Source: an uncultured Gammaproteobacteria bacterium
Lineage (GTDB): Bacteria; Patescibacteriota; Microgenomatia; Levybacterales; UBA12049
Direction: 5' to 3'
Length of the DNA: 64,000 nucleotides
NCBI GenBank assembly: GCA_964503265.1
Contig: CAZCYO010000001.1
Location: forward strand, 25,119 to 89,118
Part shown: in pieces, positions 27,370 through 36,716 of the stretch
How positions within the stretch are numbered: the stretch's first letter is position 1
How the letters are laid out: the number at the start of each line of letters is the position of its first letter
Program-made: the position numbers and the translations under genes
Notes under the pieces: generated by a model
Database searches by the model: none
What the model was told of the DNA's origin: nothing
Seen by the model: the letters and a program-made list of their open reading frames with translations, nothing else

Positions 27370-27942
27370 ATGTCTAAAAAAAATATTAGTTTAGTCCTTT
27401 CTATTATTCTTGCCGTTATTTATTATGCAACTTCGACTTCTTCACATCCGGAAATTCTCGGAACAAAAAATGTCGTTATTGCCCCACCTATTTCTGTCAC
27501 TCAAACTCAGGTTGTGATTGGACAGTATGCTGTCACGAAAGTAGTCGATGGAGATACGATTAAAGTTACTCGTGAGAATGAAATGAAAACAGTTCGCTTG
27601 ATTGGTGTCGATACTCCAGAAACAGTTGATCCACGAAAAACTGTTCAATGCTTTGGTAAAGAAGCATCTGATTTTACGAAGTCACTTCTTGACGGACAGA
27701 CTGTAACACTTCAATCAGATAACACACAGCAGGTAACAGATAAATACGGACGGATGCTGGCATATGTATATCTATCAGATGGTACGCTCGTTAATGAAAA
27801 AATAATTCGCTCGGGATATGGATATGAATATACCTATAACGTGCCTTATATTCACCAAAAAGAATTTAAAGAAGCACAGCGTCTAGCAGAGTTAGAAGGA
27901 AACGGGTTATGGAGTGCTAGTACATGCCAAGGAAAACGCTAA
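27370..27942 (+). CDS. secreted/membrane-anchored thermonuclease (SNase family)
   Basis: N-terminal TM; VVDGDTIKV..VRLIGVDTPE ... RMLAYVY core motifs of staphylococcal-nuclease fold. Confidence 0.85.
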   Translation: MSKKNISLVLSIILAVIYYATSTSSHPEILGTKNVVIAPPISVTQTQVVIGQYAVTKVVDGDTIKVTRENEMKTVRLIGVDTPETVDPRKTVQCFGKEASDFTKSLLDGQTVTLQSDNTQQVTDKYGRMLAYVYLSDGTLVNEKIIRSGYGYEYTYNVPYIHQKEFKEAQRLAELEGNGLWSASTCQGKR

Positions 27943-28496
27943 GGAGTATTACTTTTATTTTTTAATAAAGTAATATCGTTTTTCAGTGTTTCAAGGTCAT
28001 TCACAATTGCTTGAAGATGTTTATCAATTTGATTTACATCAATACTATCTGACTCTATTTCTTCTTCTTGGATTTTATCCATGTCTTCAGAAATATCTTC
28101 AACTTCTTCTCCTAAATCCTCAACGTCTTCTTGAATTCTATCAATATCTCCCTCAACTCCAGCAACGTCTTCTTGGATCTCTTCGATGTCTTCGCCTACG
28201 TCCTCCAGACTCTCTGTGTTGCGATTTACGGTCATTTGGATAAAAAGAGAGAGGTAGATCGCTTCAAGTGAGACAAGTGTCGTTAGAACGAGAAGAATCG
28301 TGTTAATTTCAATCCCTAAAAAATAGAGGGCGAACGCACCAATAAAGATCACTGTATGGACAATGATTGATGTGGGAGTTCCCATAAATTCTGTTAGTTT
28401 TATCGATACATGCTCTACTGGACCGATATTTGGGGTGGTGTCCATTCGTGGTTTGGTCATACACATATTATAGGTGCGTAAGCCATGCGTGCGCAA
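27939..28496 (-). CDS. membrane protein with highly acidic coiled-coil C-tail (DUF1003-like)
   Basis: Two TM then EDVGEDIEEIQEDVAGVEGDIDRIQEDVEDLGEEVEDISEDMDKIQ. Confidence 0.35.
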   Translation of the reverse strand: MRTHGLRTYNMCMTKPRMDTTPNIGPVEHVSIKLTEFMGTPTSIIVHTVIFIGAFALYFLGIEINTILLVLTTLVSLEAIYLSLFIQMTVNRNTESLEDVGEDIEEIQEDVAGVEGDIDRIQEDVEDLGEEVEDISEDMDKIQEEEIESDSIDVNQIDKHLQAIVNDLETLKNDITLLKNKSNTP

Positions 28497-28566
28497 CCCC
28501 TAAAAAACTCAACAATATTCCTCCTTTTTGCACTACTATTTTATAGTATGTTACAGTCCAAAAGGC

Positions 28567-28595
28567 TTGACAGCTAGCAAATCCTATGATAGAGT
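28567..28595 (+). promoter_or_regulatory. possible sigma70-like promoter of lon
   Basis: TTGACA(28567)-17 nt-TAGAGT(28590); would leave a very short leader with no SD. Confidence 0.25.
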
Positions 28596-28609
28596 GCTAA
28601 TACATTTTT

Positions 28610-31012
28610 ATGGAACGAGTAGTGCCCATTATTCCCATCCGAGATGGAATCATTTTCCCCAATACCGACTCAGTCTTAACCTTTGGTCGTCCTAAGAGTT
28701 TAGCAGCGCTTGAGTCTTCATTCGCACAACAAGACAGAATTGTGTGTTTTGTGTTGCAGAAAAATGCGCGCTTAAATGATCCAACCACGGCTGACTTATA
28801 TTCGATTGGAACTCTTTCGAAAATTGAACGAATGATTCGAGCTGATGGAGAAATTAATGCGCAAGTTCGTGGTATTTCACGTGTTCGAATTTTATCATTT
28901 GAGCAACATGACGAATTTCTTATGGCACGAGTCGTCGATCTTCCTGAAGAGGCTGATAACACCCCAGAACTTGAAGCATTATGTAATCATTTAACAAATG
29001 AATTCCGTCGAGCGATGAATTTCGGAAAATCTGCAGACTTTTTAGTCTTTATGAATATCATGTCCGAGAATTCTCCTTCAGAGTTGTCAGATCTGATCGC
29101 ATCAGCACTGGATCTCAAGCCACAAGAACGCCAGGAACTACTCGAGATGGTAAATGTAAAAGAGCGTCTCCAAAAACTGGCTGATTTACTTGCTAAAGAG
29201 ATTAAAGTCTTGGAGCTTGAGCGACGAATTGCATCAAAAACTCAGGAGCGATTTGAAAAAGGAGCACGAGAAGCGATGCTCAGGGAGCGCCTTAAGACGA
29301 TTGAAAAAGAACTGGGTGAGGAAGATGGTAATGAAATAAAAGAGCTTTTAACGAAAATCAAAGAAGCGAAAATGCCTGAGGATGTTGAGGAAAAAGCAAA
29401 AAAAGAAGTCAAGAAACTTCAGAACATGAACCAATTCAATCCTGAAGCTGGCTATATTCGAAATTATATCGATTGGTTAGTCGGTCTTCCGTGGAGTACT
29501 GAAAGTAAAAGCGATGTCGATATTACAGCAGCAGAAAAAATACTTGATGAAGATCATTATGGACTTTCAAAAGCAAAAGAGAGAATCGTTGAGTATCTTG
29601 CAGTTCAGAAATTAGCGGGAAAGATTAAAGGGCCGATTCTCTGTTTCGTCGGACCTCCAGGTGTCGGAAAGACATCTATCGGACGATCCATTGCACGTGC
29701 GTTAAATCGAGAATTCATCCGTGTATCACTGGGTGGAATTCGTGACGAAGCTGAAATTCGTGGACATCGACGAACGTATGTCGGCGCACTTCCTGGACGA
29801 ATTATTCAAGGAATTAAAGATGCAGGAACAAAAAATCCAGTCTTTATGTTAGACGAAATCGATAAAGTTGGCTCTGATTATCGTGGTGATCCATCAAGTG
29901 CTCTTCTTGAAGCACTTGATCCAGAACAAAACGGTGAGTTCTCAGATCACTACCTAGAAGTTCCATTTGATCTTTCAAATGTATTATTTGTCACGACTGC
30001 AAATGTTCTGGATACTATTCCACCAGCACTTCGTGATAGACTCGAAATTATTAATTTCGCAGGCTATACCCATGACGAGAAATTTAAGATTGCGAAAGAA
30101 TATCTTCTTACCAAACAGCTTGAAGCAAACGGTCTCGATGTAAAAAAAGTTACGATGGATGATGACGCACTCAGTTTTATTATCCAATACTATACTCGTG
30201 AAGCGGGAGTTCGAAATCTTGAACGTCGAATTGCGACAGTCTTTAGAAAAGTTGCGAAAACTGTAGCAGAAGGCAGAAAAGGGAAAATTAAAATCACTGA
30301 AAAAGATATTCCAGGCTTCCTAGGTCCTCGAAAATATAGTTCGAGTATGATGGAGAAAAAAGATGAAATTGGTATGACGACCGGACTGGCATGGACAGAA
30401 GCTGGGGGAGATATTCTTTTCATCGAAGTAGCACTTATGGCAGGAAGAGGGAATTTAATTTTAACGGGTCAACTAGGTGATGTCATGAAAGAATCATGCC
30501 AAGCAGCGATGTCATATATTCGCGCTCGCGCAGTATCACTGGGGATTCCTGAGAAATTCTATTCGAAAATTGATGTACATGTTCACGTCCCAGAAGGTGC
30601 CGTTCCAAAAGATGGTCCATCAGCAGGACTTGCGATCACAACTGCAATCGTCTCAGCTCTTACGAAAATCCCAGTGAAACGAACAGTCGCGATGACAGGG
30701 GAAATAACCCTTCGAGGTCGAGCGCTTGAAATTGGTGGAGTGAAAGAGAAAGTTATCGCAGCTCATAGAGCAGGGCTAAAGACAATTATTTTACCAAAAG
30801 ATAATAAAAAAGATTTAGAAGATGTGCCGGCCGAAGTTCTTAAAGATGTGGAATTTAAATTCGTAACGCATTTAGATGAAGTACTCGAAATCGCTCTTAC
30901 GAAACCACTTAAAGTAAAAGCAAAATCACCAAAAGTACTTGATGAGAAAGATGAAGATGAAAAAGCTCCACGAACAACAGTTCGAACGAATCAACCTCAG
31001 AAGGTAGACTGA
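28610..31012 (+). CDS. lon: ATP-dependent Lon protease
   Basis: LON N-domain (IPIRDGIIFP), AAA+ Walker A GPPGVGKTS, protease PKDGPSAGLAITTA Ser-Lys dyad. Confidence 0.93.
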   Translation: MERVVPIIPIRDGIIFPNTDSVLTFGRPKSLAALESSFAQQDRIVCFVLQKNARLNDPTTADLYSIGTLSKIERMIRADGEINAQVRGISRVRILSFEQHDEFLMARVVDLPEEADNTPELEALCNHLTNEFRRAMNFGKSADFLVFMNIMSENSPSELSDLIASALDLKPQERQELLEMVNVKERLQKLADLLAKEIKVLELERRIASKTQERFEKGAREAMLRERLKTIEKELGEEDGNEIKELLTKIKEAKMPEDVEEKAKKEVKKLQNMNQFNPEAGYIRNYIDWLVGLPWSTESKSDVDITAAEKILDEDHYGLSKAKERIVEYLAVQKLAGKIKGPILCFVGPPGVGKTSIGRSIARALNREFIRVSLGGIRDEAEIRGHRRTYVGALPGRIIQGIKDAGTKNPVFMLDEIDKVGSDYRGDPSSALLEALDPEQNGEFSDHYLEVPFDLSNVLFVTTANVLDTIPPALRDRLEIINFAGYTHDEKFKIAKEYLLTKQLEANGLDVKKVTMDDDALSFIIQYYTREAGVRNLERRIATVFRKVAKTVAEGRKGKIKITEKDIPGFLGPRKYSSSMMEKKDEIGMTTGLAWTEAGGDILFIEVALMAGRGNLILTGQLGDVMKESCQAAMSYIRARAVSLGIPEKFYSKIDVHVHVPEGAVPKDGPSAGLAITTAIVSALTKIPVKRTVAMTGEITLRGRALEIGGVKEKVIAAHRAGLKTIILPKDNKKDLEDVPAEVLKDVEFKFVTHLDEVLEIALTKPLKVKAKSPKVLDEKDEDEKAPRTTVRTNQPQKVD

Positions 31013-31053
31013 GAGAAGCCTCAAGATGCAAGCCTCAAAGATTCAGAGTCTTT

Positions 31054-31079
31054 GTCATTGCGAGCGAAGCGCGGCAATC
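31054..31079. repeat. hairpin element related to GTCATT...AATC family
   Basis: gtcattgcgagcgaagcgcggcaatc between convergent lon and SDR genes. Confidence 0.45.
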
Positions 31080-31114
31080 TAATATATTCTAACTATTACC
31101 TTCTAACTACTAAC

Positions 31115-31900
31115 CTATTTCTGTCCTCTTTTAACCACTTTAGCGAGAAATGATCGTGGCATGAGTCTCGTGAGTGTGATCCCAAGTTTACTTGAAAGGT
31201 TGGTGAGTACTACCCTTTTTCCTTTCATCATTCCTTCGTAACCAATTTTTGCGACAGTCTCTGCGTCCATAACACCATTTTTAAATAGCAATGTATTACC
31301 GACGTTTGCTCGCGTGGCAAATCCAGTTTTTGAGGGTCCTGGACAGAGTGCTGTTACAGTCACACCTGTTCCTACAGTTTCTTCAGCGAGTGATTCAGAA
31401 AAAGAAAGAACATAGGCTTTCGTAGCATAATAGACGGCCATATAGGGACCAGGGAAAAATGCTGCAGTTGATGCGACGTTGAGAATTTTTCCTTCTTTTC
31501 TTTTTAGCATATCTTTAAGAAACAGTTTTGAAAGAATAGTAAGTGTGGTTATATTTAACTGAATTTCATTTAACTCTTCATCAAGTGGTACTTCAGTAAA
31601 TTCTCCATGTGTTGCAAACCCTGCATTATTTATGAGAATGTCTATCTCAATTCCTGCCTCGGATAATTCTTTATATATTTGCTCACCAGACTTTGCGTCT
31701 GATAAATCTTTAGCGATAATTCTCACAAATATTTCGTTTTCTTTTTGGAGATGAGTCGCGATGTCCTGTAATTTTTCTTTATCACGCGCGACAAGTACGA
31801 GGTCATAATTGTCTTTCGCGAACAGCTTGGCAAACTGATATCCAAAGCCGCTCGTTGCACCAGTGATAAGCGCAGTTCCTGCAGAGTGGGGAGTTTTCAT
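31115..31900 (-). CDS. short-chain dehydrogenase/reductase (SDR)
   Basis: ALITGATSGFGYQFAKLF Rossmann motif, NNAG, catalytic YxxxK (YYATK). Confidence 0.85.
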   Translation of the reverse strand: MKTPHSAGTALITGATSGFGYQFAKLFAKDNYDLVLVARDKEKLQDIATHLQKENEIFVRIIAKDLSDAKSGEQIYKELSEAGIEIDILINNAGFATHGEFTEVPLDEELNEIQLNITTLTILSKLFLKDMLKRKEGKILNVASTAAFFPGPYMAVYYATKAYVLSFSESLAEETVGTGVTVTALCPGPSKTGFATRANVGNTLLFKNGVMDAETVAKIGYEGMMKGKRVVLTNLSSKLGITLTRLMPRSFLAKVVKRGQK

Positions 31901-32101
31901 CTATTCAGTATATACTATCTATCTTCATAATCTACATTACAGACTATTCGGGAGAAATCAGAACGATGGAACCAGAGAAATGTAAAGGGTGGGACTGGTA
32001 TGCTTTTGATGCGATTCCAGAGAAAGTACTTCCTGGACATAAAGCACTTATTGAATTATATAAGAATAATTCAACAACGCTTGTGGATCTTAGATAATTC
32101 G

Positions 32102-32479
32102 TTAGATTTTAGGAGCAGACTTTCTTCGTTTAATTTTAGCAATCGTATATTTGATTCGTTTATCTAAATCAATATTTTTAATTTTCGCAAACCGAATAAT
32201 AGTAACTAAAATATCACCTAATTCTTGCTGATACGTTTCATCATTTTGTGCAGCTAGATTACTTGGCTTACGGCCATGTTTAGCGAGATATGCGCGTGAC
32301 ATTTCACCAATTTCTTCAACTAGTGAGAGAATAAGTATGGATCCGAATTCTGTTGAATTCTTAAGATCTTTATCTACTTCTTCTAGTTGTTTAAAATAGG
32401 TGCCAAAAGGCGATTTGATTTTTGTTCGTGGTGTTGTTGGTTTAGTATTCATAGTATTTAATAATACCTCACATGTCAC
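32102..32479 (-). CDS. MazG-like nucleotide pyrophosphohydrolase
   Basis: LVEEIGEMSRA ... ELGDILVTIIRFA EExxE/ExxD helical motifs. Confidence 0.6.
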   Translation of the reverse strand: MTCEVLLNTMNTKPTTPRTKIKSPFGTYFKQLEEVDKDLKNSTEFGSILILSLVEEIGEMSRAYLAKHGRKPSNLAAQNDETYQQELGDILVTIIRFAKIKNIDLDKRIKYTIAKIKRRKSAPKI

Positions 32480-32802
32480 TCTGTATGTATATGGAAATCT
32501 TGAGAGTAATGACTCTTACGAAGATTCTACATGTTCATCAGAATGACATACATAGGATTTGATGAAAATAGAACTGCTTAAATAGAATAACACTGTCTAA
32601 AAAAAAGAAAAGATACGCGGTCAAAAAATAAAATAGGTAGGTATCTTTATCTTAAACTTCTTTCGAGGTAATTAAAAATTAAGCAGATATATTTTCTCAA
32701 ATCTGCTACTGAGGATATGTGTATTATAGCGTATTCATTTCTCTTTGTCAAACTAGAGGATATGTATTCATATCATTTTCATACATTTAGCCACGATCTC
32801 CA

Positions 32803-33864
32803 ATGATATACTATGGTATATATATGGAAAAAAGTACGGATAATCTGAGCAGTTTATATGCAGAAATAACTAAATTACAACATTCAGACACTATAATTTG
32901 TCTAATCACTGATTTAGACGACACTATTCTTATAGGTTCTGATCCAGATGCAGGTTTTCACCCAGGAGATGATCCGAGAAGAGTACAAATGGTGCCTTCT
33001 TCAGCTAAAGCACTACGAGAAATTGAAATGAACGGCGGAGTTCTCGGTGTTATTACTAATAGGGGAGGAAAAGATGCAGCGAACCATCTTCGGCATAACG
33101 GCATTCATACTGCGAGAATTATTGGTACGTATGGTTTTGAAAAATACATAATGAAGGAAAAAAGTGAAGATGATGTCGTCACGATCGATGATCGCTTTAT
33201 GAAGCACAAAAAAGAGGTTACTACAATACTCCAAACTTTAAGAACTGCTATAGTTGAAGAACTAGGCGAACCCTCTTATGATACTGGTGCTGATGTTATT
33301 TTTCCGACCAATAAAAACGGAATAACAACACAGGAACAAGCACCACTTCTTATTCAACAAAAAGGCGTATCATTTTCGAGCGGTTTTCCACTTGGTCTTG
33401 CAAATATATATATTATGAATCTTATGCCACAAGGGACTGGGATAAGAGAACGAATCACGAATATCCTTGAGATGATTATCAAAGATTCGCCTCCGTTATC
33501 TGAGTGGGGGATGGGGGGAGACATCCAAAGCCCTGAATTAAGACAGCGATTTACTCGTGGATTCGAGCCGACAATTAAAGAAGGAAAAGGGTTTGCGATG
33601 CGCAGTATGATTGATGATATTGAGCGAGAAGAAGGAAAAGAAGTAGGGCTTATCCTGTATTCAGGAGACTCAAATCCTGATGCGCAGGCGATTAAAGTAG
33701 CCAAACAAATAGAGAAGGAACGTTTAGGAAGACTCTCAACTTTTGGAATTTGGGTATATGGACCGGCCGATCAACATGAAATAGAAGCTATCGCCGATAT
33801 TCATGTTTCAGATGTTTTTGCATATGCGAACATACTGCAACAAATAGCCCGACTACTTGCTTGA
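32803..33864 (+). CDS. HAD-superfamily phosphatase-like protein
   Basis: Motif I DLDDTIL, motif II VITNRGG, motif IV GDSNPD. Confidence 0.55.
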   Translation: MIYYGIYMEKSTDNLSSLYAEITKLQHSDTIICLITDLDDTILIGSDPDAGFHPGDDPRRVQMVPSSAKALREIEMNGGVLGVITNRGGKDAANHLRHNGIHTARIIGTYGFEKYIMKEKSEDDVVTIDDRFMKHKKEVTTILQTLRTAIVEELGEPSYDTGADVIFPTNKNGITTQEQAPLLIQQKGVSFSSGFPLGLANIYIMNLMPQGTGIRERITNILEMIIKDSPPLSEWGMGGDIQSPELRQRFTRGFEPTIKEGKGFAMRSMIDDIEREEGKEVGLILYSGDSNPDAQAIKVAKQIEKERLGRLSTFGIWVYGPADQHEIEAIADIHVSDVFAYANILQQIARLLA

Positions 33865-34662
33865 TTGAGTTAGTTCCAGTGTGACTTTCGCCAGTGAATC
33901 AAGTGGGTTGATGAGTGTCACTGCTCCGTGATATGTCTCTGTCGTAAGAACAAGAGGTATCTCGGTACATCCACAAATGACAGCAGAGACATGTTCATTT
34001 TCAGCCCACTTCATGGCTTCTAAAAGTAATCTGGTCGCTTCCTTTGTCGCGCCTTTAGCTTTAATTCCACAGGTGGGGTCATAGATCGCTTTCATAATAT
34101 TTTTTTGTATTTCAGAATCTATATCTGGGGCGATAGGTTGTAAGCCTACTTTTTCTAACGCAGAGTGATATAGTTGAGAATGGAGTGTTCCAGTCGTCGC
34201 AAGAATTCCTATAGTGGTTTGCGGAGGATATGTTTTAGAAAGATCGTCAGCTGTCGCTTCCATGATAGAGATCCATGGGAGGTTAAGGGATTCTAATTTT
34301 TCTTTAAGTCCAGTTTCTTTATCTTCTCTCCAGGTATGGATGGTATTACATAACGTAACCATACATCCAAACCCTTCTTTTTTTCCAAAATGTGCAAATT
34401 CTTCTAATTTTTTAGTGATCGCATTATACTGTGTGCTATCTCCATTGCGTTTCATGAGTATTGCTTCCGTTCTGTCTGGAATACTTGATGCGACGAGCAT
34501 GAGATAGCCGATATGTTCCTGATCTTTTGTCGCTGTCGTATTACGTCGCAGCAGTGAGCGCATATAAGGAATTGCGGATTCTGTGCCGATTCCACCGATA
34601 ACGAGTGGAACTAATTTTTGTCCTGGGATTTTAAGTTCATCAGCGAGGGTCATCAAAGACAT
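33853..34662 (-). CDS. aspartate/glutamate racemase family protein
   Basis: Two catalytic Cys motifs CNTIH and GCTEIPL, IGILAT. Confidence 0.8.
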   Translation of the reverse strand: MSLMTLADELKIPGQKLVPLVIGGIGTESAIPYMRSLLRRNTTATKDQEHIGYLMLVASSIPDRTEAILMKRNGDSTQYNAITKKLEEFAHFGKKEGFGCMVTLCNTIHTWREDKETGLKEKLESLNLPWISIMEATADDLSKTYPPQTTIGILATTGTLHSQLYHSALEKVGLQPIAPDIDSEIQKNIMKAIYDPTCGIKAKGATKEATRLLLEAMKWAENEHVSAVICGCTEIPLVLTTETYHGAVTLINPLDSLAKVTLELTQSSK

Positions 34663-34734
34663 TCTAGCATACTGTATCTAACGTGGGTGTTGGTCCGCTC
34701 CGATGTTTTATCAGAGCGGACCACTTCTCTTGCA

Positions 34735-35004
34735 CTACTGTGCAGGGTTCATCTGTTCCCGAAGGAACTCGATGATCTGACGAGCAGTGAGACGGGGATT
34801 ATCTTTCCCCGTCGAGATCATCTCGGCCACGCGATTCTCGAGGCTGTCGACTAATGCATCTGGCTCGGGTTGAAACTCCTGTGGAGTTCCCGTTTTCCCG
34901 CACCTGAGGCATATTAGTGTGGCGTCAGAACGGAAACTAAACATGTTCTCACGACCGCACGCGGGGCAACGTAAATTAGCCACATGTGCTCCTTTCTCGT
35001 GCAA
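34735..35004 (-). CDS. zinc-ribbon small protein, G+C-rich
   Basis: CPACG...CLRCG two CxxC pairs; composition G+C-richer than flanks. Confidence 0.4.
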   Translation of the reverse strand: MHEKGAHVANLRCPACGRENMFSFRSDATLICLRCGKTGTPQEFQPEPDALVDSLENRVAEMISTGKDNPRLTARQIIEFLREQMNPAQ

Positions 35005-35137
35005 GAGTAAAAAGAACTAGATATATCACACTTCAGCAAAGAGAAGTGATCAAGACCTAGAACAGGTAGATTATAGTATAAAAAAAACGATAAATCAATC
35101 TTATAGTAATATTAACAAGGTAGTTGGAGTTTTATCA

Positions 35138-35920
35138 TTATGTATATCTTCCGCTTTCTAGAGCGCTTTTGTTTTGAGCTTTGATAAATTTTAGAGCCAT
35201 GAGAAAAGCGAATTTAGTACCATCGGTTACTGGTGAAAGTGTTGGGATATCTTGAGCTGTAATCCATCGTATATCGGAGTGCTCTCGTGTGTCTGGTAGG
35301 TTAACCTCTAGCGATTTATCATGAATAGAATCATCGTCGCCTATCTCGTTTACTAACACATGGATCAGATTTCCCGTTTCTTCGTCTAAAAAAGAATTAG
35401 CGATACACATAAATCCACCCGTGTATCTTTTTACTACTTCTTCATTCATCTCTCGATGTGCAGCACTCGTAATAACACCGCCAAGTGACTGATCTGCTGA
35501 AGTCGCATCTGAAGGTTCTATTTTTCCCATGGGAAGTGTCCACGTCCCGGCCCCCCACTTATTCTCATCTGATCTTCTGGTTGTTAAGATGTGTGATTCT
35601 GGATAAAGGATGCCACTAGCCATCGGCCCTAAGTCTGGTTGGAATGCACTAAATATGGCGACGACTTGATTAGGATAGGTGTTTTGCACGAGTTTAAATG
35701 ATCTTCTGTATGAGATAGGTAGTTCTTTGAGGTGAGGATTTGTGATACTTGCTTCTAACTCTGGAATAGCCGTGTCTAAAAGAGCAGCAGATGATGTAAA
35801 TACTTCAAGCATCGTTCGTCTCACATTTGTTCGCTCAAGTGAGATGCTTCGATCTGTATTACCTGGATTTTCTTCTCCCATAACTAGTGAAAGTATAAAG
35901 TATGAATGAAATTGAGACAA
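35138..35920 (-). CDS. Nudix-like hydrolase (degenerate Nudix box)
   Basis: GGVITSAAHREMNEEVV approximates GX5EX7REUXEEXGU. Confidence 0.35.
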   Translation of the reverse strand: MSQFHSYFILSLVMGEENPGNTDRSISLERTNVRRTMLEVFTSSAALLDTAIPELEASITNPHLKELPISYRRSFKLVQNTYPNQVVAIFSAFQPDLGPMASGILYPESHILTTRRSDENKWGAGTWTLPMGKIEPSDATSADQSLGGVITSAAHREMNEEVVKRYTGGFMCIANSFLDEETGNLIHVLVNEIGDDDSIHDKSLEVNLPDTREHSDIRWITAQDIPTLSPVTDGTKFAFLMALKFIKAQNKSALESGRYT

Positions 35921-35949
35921 GGATTAACTAAGTAGGGGTAGAAATAGCG

Positions 35950-36324
35950 TTATTCCATTTCCCAAGGAGTCATGAGTTGGAAGTAGTTGCCGTCTGGATC
36001 TGAGAATGTCGCGATTAAGCCTGGTCCCATTTCATATGGTTCTTTAACAACTGTCGCACCAAGTTCTTTAATTCTCTCAAATTCTTCTTTAACTTCTTTC
36101 GTCTCAAAATTAAACATAATTCGTTGTGGGTCTTTTGCCTCTCCTGTAACTTCTGAATGAGAACCAATTCCAAAAAAAGTATTTCCGACTTGCCAACCAT
36201 GCCATTCTCCTTCAGTCATGTCAGGAGCTTTCTGAAAAACTTTCTCATAAAATTCAGCCATTTCTTTTATGTTAGCGGTGCCAAGCATGAGTGAGGATAA
36301 ATTAAGCATATGTGTAGTATACAA
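35950..36324 (-). CDS. VOC/glyoxalase-family protein
   Basis: Paired beta-alpha-beta-beta-beta pattern, FSDPDGNYFQL. Confidence 0.65.
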   Translation of the reverse strand: MYTTHMLNLSSLMLGTANIKEMAEFYEKVFQKAPDMTEGEWHGWQVGNTFFGIGSHSEVTGEAKDPQRIMFNFETKEVKEEFERIKELGATVVKEPYEMGPGLIATFSDPDGNYFQLMTPWEME

Positions 36325-36360
36325 GAGTTCAAAAAATTTGCAAGAAAGAGGTTCCTTACA

Positions 36361-36633
36361 TTAGGTGTTTCCAAATCGTGCTTCTGACCTAGCGCGGGCT
36401 TTTTCTGCTTCTACTTTTCGATTTCGTGGTTCTGCATTTGTGACAAATGCGCCAAGGGTTTTTCGAACAACCTCAGATACATCTTCAACAGCCTGATTAA
36501 AAGCTTTTTCGTTAGAAAGTGATGGCTTATTAAATCCAGAAAGTTTGCGAACGAATTGAAGTGACGCATTATGAATTTCTTCTTTAGTCGCTGGAGGATC
36601 GAAGTTAAAAAGATTTTTAATATTTCTACACAT
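36361..36633 (-). CDS. DUF2277-like small protein
   Basis: NIKNLFNFDPPATKEEIHNASLQFVRKLSG matches remembered DUF2277 N-terminus. Confidence 0.45.
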   Translation of the reverse strand: MCRNIKNLFNFDPPATKEEIHNASLQFVRKLSGFNKPSLSNEKAFNQAVEDVSEVVRKTLGAFVTNAEPRNRKVEAEKARARSEARFGNT

Positions 36634-36716
36634 AGGTATTTTAAAATTAACTATTTACTGTTTCTTGAGTATAGCAATTGAAAGAAATGTGTCAATAATT
36701 TCTAAAAGCTCATTTG

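Noticed and set aside
31013-31050. Possible lon terminator hairpin (aaagattcagagtcttt)
   Set aside because: Stem is imperfect and lacks a clear T-tract; the nearby GTCATT hairpin at 31054 is the more plausible terminator
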